Assembly: GCA_963771465.1 (NCBI GenBank)
Contig: CAVYTU010000010.1
Coordinates: 32,359-96,358 of the forward strand
Source: an uncultured delta proteobacterium
GTDB taxonomy: Bacteria > Desulfobacterota > Binatia > UBA9968
Reading direction: 5' to 3'
Length of the DNA stretch: 64,000 bases
Shown: piece after piece, positions 58,142 through 64,000 of the stretch
Numbering within the stretch: the first letter of the stretch is position 1
Layout: every line of letters begins with the position of its first letter
Translations under genes and position numbers: made by a program
The notes under the pieces: generated by a model
Databases searched by the model: none
Seen by the model: only the letters and a program-made list of their open reading frames with translations
What the model was told of the DNA's origin: nothing

Positions 58142-58987
58142 ATGCAGATCATTGAACCCGTCTCTGACATGCGCGATTGGAGCGAATCGCAGCGGCGCGC
58201 CGGGCGGCGCATCGTGCTGGTTCCGACCATGGGGTTTCTCCATGAGGGACATCTTTGTCTGGTGCGCGACGCGCGCTCGCGCGGCGATCTCGTGGTGGTT
58301 TCGATTTTCGTCAATCCGACGCAGTTCGGACCGAGTGAAGACTTCGGCGCCTATCCGCGCGACTTCGAGCGCGATCGCCAACTGCTTGAGGCAGAGCATG
58401 TTGACATTTTGTTTGCTCCGTCAGCGGCGCAAATTTATCCGCCCGGAGAGCAAACCTTTGTCGAAGTCGCGCAGTTAAGCTTGCCGCTGTGCGGCTCGGT
58501 TAGGCCTGGCCATTTTCGTGGTGTCGCCACCGTGGTCGCTAAATTATTCAACATCGTGCAACCCCATGCGGCGATCTTTGGCCAAAAGGATTACCAGCAG
58601 TTTCAGGTGATTCGCCGCATGGCGCGTGATTTAATGATGGACGTGGAAATCATCGGTCATCCGATCGTGCGCGAGGCCGACGGCTTGGCGATGAGTTCGC
58701 GCAATGCTTATCTTTCAACCGAGGAACGGCAGGCCGCGGTTTGTTTGTCGCGCGCCTTGTGCAAGGCCGAGCGACTGTTCAGACGTGGCGAACGCGCGGC
58801 AGCGCCGCTGCTTGCCCTCGTCACGGCGGAACTTCAGCGCGAGCCACTTGCCAGAGTCGAGTACGTGAAACTATGCGATGCAGAGACATTGGCTGACATT
58901 GACGCGATCGATGTGCCGGCGCTGCTGGCGATTGCCGTGCGCTTCGGCAAAGCGCGCCTAATCGACAATCGCGTGCTCAAGCACTAA
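58142..58987 (+). CDS. panC: Pantoate--beta-alanine ligase
   Basis: PTMGFLHEGH, SIFVNPTQF, RPGHF.GV, GQKDYQQ, GLAMSSRN, RLIDN. Confidence 0.97.
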   Translation: MQIIEPVSDMRDWSESQRRAGRRIVLVPTMGFLHEGHLCLVRDARSRGDLVVVSIFVNPTQFGPSEDFGAYPRDFERDRQLLEAEHVDILFAPSAAQIYPPGEQTFVEVAQLSLPLCGSVRPGHFRGVATVVAKLFNIVQPHAAIFGQKDYQQFQVIRRMARDLMMDVEIIGHPIVREADGLAMSSRNAYLSTEERQAAVCLSRALCKAERLFRRGERAAAPLLALVTAELQREPLARVEYVKLCDAETLADIDAIDVPALLAIAVRFGKARLIDNRVLKH

Positions 58988-59000
58988 GGAGACTGGCGCG

Positions 59001-59654
59001 GTGGCGGAAGAGGGACTGGTTCGCACGACGACGCGCTGGCGCGATCGAATACAGCGCTATTTCCTCGCCGGTTTGCTGGTCTTTTTACCGCTGGCGATTA
59101 CGCTCTGGTTCATCGGCTGGGTGATCGACCTGTTGGACAGCGTCCTTGCGGTGCTGCCCGATTCGTTTCATCCCAACGCTTATTTGCCCTTTCCTATTCC
59201 TAAGCTCGGCGCCGTCGTTACGCTGTTTCTGATTCTTTTTCTCGGCGTACTTACTAGCGGCGTCGCGACACGGCGCTTTCTCGCCGCCTGGGAAAAAGTC
59301 TTCGTCCAGATCCCGGTCTTTCGCGGGGTCTACACGGCCGTGCAAAAATTGGTGCAAACTTTTCTTGGCCCGTCGAGCGCGCAACGGCAGGTCGTGATGA
59401 TCGAATACCCTCGAGTCGGAGTCTACACGGTCGCTTTCGCCATGGGGCGCGCGTGGTCGCACCTAGAGGATAAGAAGAATACTCAACTGGTCAATGTGTT
59501 CGTGCCGACGACGCCCAATCCGACATCGGGATTCTATCTCCTCATGCCATGCGACCAGGTGACGCCACTCAATATGACGATGGAAGAAGCGCTGAAACTG
59601 ATCACTTCAAGCGGTTTGATCGCGCCCGAGGACAAGAGCAAATATGGCAAATAA
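59001..59654 (+). CDS. DUF502 family membrane protein
   Basis: F.AGLLV..P..IT; FVPTTPNPTSGF. Confidence 0.92.
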   Translation: MAEEGLVRTTTRWRDRIQRYFLAGLLVFLPLAITLWFIGWVIDLLDSVLAVLPDSFHPNAYLPFPIPKLGAVVTLFLILFLGVLTSGVATRRFLAAWEKVFVQIPVFRGVYTAVQKLVQTFLGPSSAQRQVVMIEYPRVGVYTVAFAMGRAWSHLEDKKNTQLVNVFVPTTPNPTSGFYLLMPCDQVTPLNMTMEEALKLITSSGLIAPEDKSKYGK

Positions 59655-60120
59655 AAAGTCTGCCACGCCGGGCGAACAAATCGTCTGTGTCAACCGCCAA
59701 GCACGCCATAACTATTTCATCGACGAGACTTACGAAGCGGGTTTGGTGCTGGTCGGCAGCGAGGTGAAGTCGTTGCGCGATGGCAAAGCCAATCTCAGCG
59801 ACAGCTACGCGCGCATTCAGAAAGGCGAGGCGTTCTTAATCAATTTCCACATCAGCCCTTATCCCGGCGCCAACCAGTTCAATCACGAGCCGACGCGCAC
59901 GCGTAAACTGTTACTGCACGGGCGCGAGATCGACCGGCTCACCGGCAAGACTAAGGAACGCGGCTTGACCCTGATCGCGCTCAAACTCTACTTCAAGAAC
60001 GGCCGGGCCAAAGTCGAGATCGGTCTCGGACGCGGTAAAAAGCTTTACGACAAGCGCGAAACGCTCAAGCGCAAAAACGCCGAGCGCGAAGTTGCCCGGT
60101 CTATGTCGGCCAGACGCTAG
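59644..60120 (+). CDS. smpB: SsrA-binding protein
   Basis: NRQARHNY, EAGLVL.GSEVKSLR, R.RKLLLH, GKKLYDKR. Confidence 0.97.
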   Translation: MANKKSATPGEQIVCVNRQARHNYFIDETYEAGLVLVGSEVKSLRDGKANLSDSYARIQKGEAFLINFHISPYPGANQFNHEPTRTRKLLLHGREIDRLTGKTKERGLTLIALKLYFKNGRAKVEIGLGRGKKLYDKRETLKRKNAEREVARSMSARR

Positions 60121-60210
60121 TCTCGAGCCGAGTGTTTGGTGTTGGGGCACCTAATGGGATCAGGAAGGCGGCTAGAAACTCCAGACTCAAAACGTTAGAC
60201 TGTCTCGTAA

Positions 60211-60562
60211 GGGGGCGATATGGGTTCGACGAGGGCGGGAAGACAAGGTGGCATGCCGGGGTTCTGTTATCCCGTTAAACAAACAGACTGCAATTTAAAC
60301 GCAGATAATTTTGAATACCAACTAGCTGCTTAATCGCCGCTAGCGTCCTACCGGTTTTCTCCCGCGGGATCGGATAGGATGTCATTCAGTGGGATGGGCC
60401 GATTTTCCTGCCGGAGGGGATGAGGCTGAGATCTAAACCGGATAGATTCGCGAGACCCAGCCGTTGGGGGCTTGCGGAGCGAGATCAAAACAACGGCTAA
60501 GCATGTAGTCATACTTGACGGAAAACCTTCGGACGGGGGTTCGATTCCCCCCGCCTCCACCA
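60211..60562 (+). ncRNA. ssrA: tmRNA; tag peptide (A)ADNFEYQLAA at 60301-60333
   Basis: 5' GGGGGCG..GGTTCGAC; 3' GGGGGTTCGATTCCCCCCGCCTCCACCA with G3-U pair; follows smpB. Confidence 0.97.
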
Positions 60563-61809
60563 GTCACTTGACGGGCTAACGGCTTGATTAGATGGTTCTT
60601 TTGGCCCAATCACCGATAGTCCGCGACCACTCCTAACAAGGAAAACGTTCCTGATTTGTGCCAAGTTCGGCGGCGCTGCGGGACCTTTTTCCGTTTCCGC
60701 AGTGTGCTCTGATTCCTTCTCCTTGGGTTTGGTGATCTCTTCCAATACTTCCCCTAATCTCTCCACCGCCTTGGCCTTGTGCGCCGGTGCGAGATGCGAG
60801 TATCGCAGCGTCATTTCGATTTCCCTATGGCCCAGGATTTCTTTTACCGTGGCGAGATCGGCCCCGCTCATAACAAGATAGCTCGCAGCCGTGTGTCGGA
60901 GATCGTGGAAACGGAACTTCTCAATTTCTGCTGCGCGGCAGGCCGTCTTGAATGCGTCATACACGGTTGTCCGGCCTACCTGCTCTCCCCACGGCCACAT
61001 GAACACGGATTCACCATAGCGATGACTGAGAAGCCAACCCACAGTCTCGCGGACGGCCCGGTTCATGGGAACAGTCTTTAACTTCTTGTTCTTGGTTCTC
61101 CCGAAGTAGATCAACCCCCGCTCAAGGTCTAAATCGTCGTAGCTCAATTGAAGCAGTTCGCCTTGCCTCGCCCCCGTATTCAGCGCCAAAACGACCAACG
61201 GATAGAGCCAGGGAGAAGTCACCTGTTTTTCACACGTGGTGAGCAATGCGGGAATTTCATTTTCCGAAGGTAGCGAAAGCGGGTTTCCTGCACTGGAAAT
61301 GGAGCCACGCCAGCGGCAGGGTTCGTTTCATCAATTCCCACTTCACGCCCATCTTGAACATGTGTTTCAAAACCGTTAGCTCGCGATTCACTGTCGATCT
61401 TTGACTTGTTTTTCCCGCTCTCGTTTCCATTTCTCCACCGCCCAAGCCGTAATGTCCGAAAGATAGCGCCCGGCGAAGTATTTCTTGAATCGCTCAAGCG
61501 CGTAACGCTCGCGGCTGTACGATGCTTTGTAGCTTTCCGCGTGCTTGTGATAACGCTGCAACAGTTCACCGATAGAGTGGGGCTTCTTGACCTTCTCCAG
61601 ATTGAACCGGCCTTGCGCGATCTCGCCTTCTCTTGCTTTGAGGGCTTCTCGCGCCATCTCCCGTGTAATCCCCGCGATTTTCGCCCAACCTTTTCTTTTA
61701 GGTCTTTGATAATTTCGTTACCGTTCAACGCGGTGGTCTTGAACTGGTAGCGAATGTAGTAGGTAACGTCGCCGTTCTTGCCTTTGCGCTCGTAAATACC
61801 CTTGGCCAT
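60509..61809 (-). mobile_element. Tyrosine integrase of a tmRNA-integrated element (frameshifted as assembled)
   Basis: TGARQGEL, K, FHDLRHT, LGH....MTLRY catalytic set. N-terminal and core-binding parts are split over 3-4 frames. C-terminus reads into the ssrA 3' end (WWRRGESNPRP). Confidence 0.88.
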
Positions 61810-61899
61810 AGTTTGTGTGCTCCTCTTTCTCCTCGGCGTTATTGACTAAGGCTAAACGTCGGTGCAACCAATTCGGGCAATCGAAGATTTCAAGCCGAA

Positions 61900-62090
61900 T
61901 ATAGCTCCACCACTTTAGGGGGCCAGCCGCGAGAAATCTTTCTAAGCTCCGCTCGGGCTCACGATGACTCTGCGGCCCACCTTCTGGCGTTTCAATTGAC
62001 CCTTGCGGATATAAAGTCGAATCGTAGATGGTCCGACCCTCGCGAGATCGGCGGCTTCGATGACGGAAAGATACGGCTTGTTGGCGGCGC
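61900..62090 (-). CDS. Excisionase-like HTH_17 DNA-binding protein (5' truncated, frameshifted)
   Basis: YLSVIEAADLARVGPSTIRLYIRKGQLK..KVGRRVIVS...LERFL; adjacent to the integrase. Confidence 0.7.
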
Positions 62091-62104
62091 CCGCGCCCGG
62101 TACC

Positions 62105-62298
62105 GAGCCCGCGGCTGATAGCCGCCGGCGACGCCACGGACCGCGTCGACGTCGTACCCGAGGTCGCGGAGCCGGTCGACGTCGCGCCGCAACGTGCGAG
62201 GGCTCACCTCGAGCCGCTCGGACAGCTCCCCCTCCCGACCAGAACCGATGGGTCTGCAGGAGGGACAACAGCCGCAGCATCCGCGTGCTCGTACTCAT
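62105..62298 (-). pseudogene. YafY/WYL-family regulator, N-terminal HTH fragment only
   Basis: MSTSTRMLRLLSLLQTHRFWSG..(frameshift)..VSPRTLRRDVDRLRDLGYDVDAVRGVAGGYQ, then cut off. Confidence 0.8.
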
Positions 62299-62316
62299 GT
62301 CCCCACCTTGGTTTCT

Positions 62317-62341
62317 ATTGCGGTCAGTAACTGACCGCAAT
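62317..62341. promoter_or_regulatory. Perfect palindrome, likely YafY/WYL operator
   Basis: ATTGCGGTCAG-taa-CTGACCGCAAT between the divergent WYL and ABC genes. Confidence 0.7.
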
Positions 62342-62360
62342 GGTCCCTAGCGTAGTGGTC

Positions 62361-63431
62361 ATGACCTACCACCACGAGAACCAATCGGTGATCCGCACCC
62401 GCGGGCTCACCCGCACCTACCGCGCAACAAGCAGACCGATCGAGGCCGTGCACGGGCTGGACCTGCGAGATCGAGCCCCGGCGAGCTGGTCGCCTTCCTC
62501 GGCCCGAACAGCGCCGGGCAAGACCACCACGCTTACGGATGCTGGACCACGCTGCTCGCGCCGACCTCGGGCACGGCCGAGGTCGCCGGTTACGACGTCG
62601 ACCGCGACCAGCGGGGGTCCGCCGCTCGATCGGGTACGTCGGGCAGGGCAACGCCGCCGGGCACCAGCAGCGCGGCCGCGACGAGCTGTCAGCCAGGCCC
62701 GCGCGCACGGCCTGTCCCGGGCGCGACGCGCGGGACCGGGCCGACGAGCTGCTCGAGGCCTTCGACCTGGACCGGGCACGCCGAGCGGCCGGTGTCCACG
62801 CTCTCGGGCGGCCAGCGCCGCCGCCTCGACGTCGCGATCGGCCTGGTCCACGGGCGCCGGAGATCCTGTTCCTGGACGAGCCGTCGACCGGGCTCGACCC
62901 GCAGAACCGCGTCAACCTCCAGGAGCAGGTGCGGCGCCTCAACGGGACCTCGGCACCACGATCGTGCTCACCACCCACTACCTCGAGGAGGCCGACGCCT
63001 CGCCGACGGGTGATGGTGATCGACCACGGCCGGGTGATCGCCGACGAAGCGCCGCGCGCCTCAAGGCCGTCGGCCGGCGACCTGTGGTCCCTCGGGTTCG
63101 CCGAGCCGCCGACGCGTCGCCGCCGCGCCGCCGGTGCGGACCGGATCACGGGCGCCCACGTCGCGGTGGCCGGCCCGGACGTCAGGGTGCGTGCGCCTAC
63201 GGTCGCGACCGGCTGCCGGGACTGGTCACCGAGCTGGCGGCCGCGGAGACCCCCGTACGCCGGATGGAGGTCGTCGGGCCGACCCTCGACGACGTCTTCC
63301 TCAACCTGACCGGACGCAGCCTGCGTGAGAGCAACGAGACGACCGGCCACATCGACGCAGCCGTCAACGCTGACGAGGCGACGAGCACGAAGGAGAAGCC
63401 GCATGAGCGTCGAGATCACCCAGATCCGTGA
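62361..63431 (+). pseudogene. DrrA-like ABC exporter ATP-binding protein, many frameshifts (probably sequencing indels)
   Basis: Pieces IRTRGLTRTY, G.N.AGKTT, STLSGGQRRRLDVAIGLVH, LFLDEPSTGLDPQNR, LTTHYLEEAD, PTLDDVFLNLTGR in different frames. Confidence 0.8.
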
Positions 63432-64000
63432 GACCGCGGCCTCGGCGACCAAGGTGCGCACGTACCCCGGTCGACCCGCCGGCCGGGATCCTCGCCGACA
63501 TCCGCAACGTGTTGATCCGCGAGCTGAAGCCGATGCTCCGCAAGCCGGCGTCGCGTGCTGTTCGCGATGGTCCAGCCGCTGGTCTTCCTCGCGCTGTTCG
63601 CCCCGCTGCTCCCCGACGCCGGGACCGGCTCGGCGTTGCAGTGGTTCGTGCCGGGGATCATCTCCATGACCGCGCTGATGGGCGCCTCGATCACCGGCTC
63701 GAACCTCACCTGGAGATCAACAGCGGCTCCTTCGAGCGGCTGCTCGTCTCCCCGTTGAGCCGCTCGGCGCTGATCGTCGGCGAGTCCCTCAAGGAGATCG
63801 TGCCGCTCATGCTGGCCAGGCCCTGGTGATCGTCGTCGCCGTGGCGCCGTTCAGCTTCGAGCGTCCACGTCGTCGGCATCCTGCGGCGGGATCGCGGGTC
63901 CTGTTGCCCTTCAGCGTCGGCGTCGGCCGTTGACCCTCGCGCTGGCCATCGCCCGAACGGCCAGGACGTGGGTGTTCTGGACGGTGCAGCAGACGGCGAT
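63403..64000 (+). pseudogene. DrrB-like ABC-2 permease, frameshifted, runs off window end
   Basis: LFAMVQPLVFLALFAPLL, QWFVPG, GSFERLLVSPLSRSALIVG in different frames. Confidence 0.75.

Noticed and set aside
61942-62340. Novel WYL-HTH/excisionase fusion protein
   Set aside because: It arises only from frameshifts across the suspected chimeric junction.
1-64000. CRISPR array, tRNA or rRNA genes
   Set aside because: No regularly spaced 25-40-bp repeats. The only tRNA-like arm belongs to the tmRNA.

Overview
Bacterial chromosome segment of moderate GC. The gene content (many Fe3+/thiamine- and TauA-type SBPs, XDH-family Mo enzyme, deltaproteobacterial-style Zn-ribbon/rnhA/rnpB and dcw blocks) suggests Candidatus Binatia/Binatota-like, which is an inference. 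Core content: ABC transporters, livHMGF, RNase P RNA, a near-complete dcw cluster (with a STAS gene between mraZ and rsmH, and ddl inverted after ftsZ), acpS, mtnA-gshA, nagZ, dnk-panBC and smpB-tmRNA. The most striking feature is a degenerate IS110/IS1111-family element (46579-47891) inserted into one copy of a ~243-bp nested-palindrome repeat. An empty copy of that repeat lies at 9577-9819 and a decayed one near 25672-25779. The IS 3' end carries a readable bridge/seek-RNA-like loop whose guides (GCCTGCTCA and CCTCTGA) match both sides of the insertion site, and its ends would form a TTGACA-17-TAATAT promoter on circularisation. Several families of intergenic 6-9-mer tandem repeats with inverted arms are present. 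An integrase and excisionase follow the tmRNA. At about 62.1 kb there is an abrupt switch to very GC-rich, indel-riddled actinobacterial-like DNA, probably a chimeric join.
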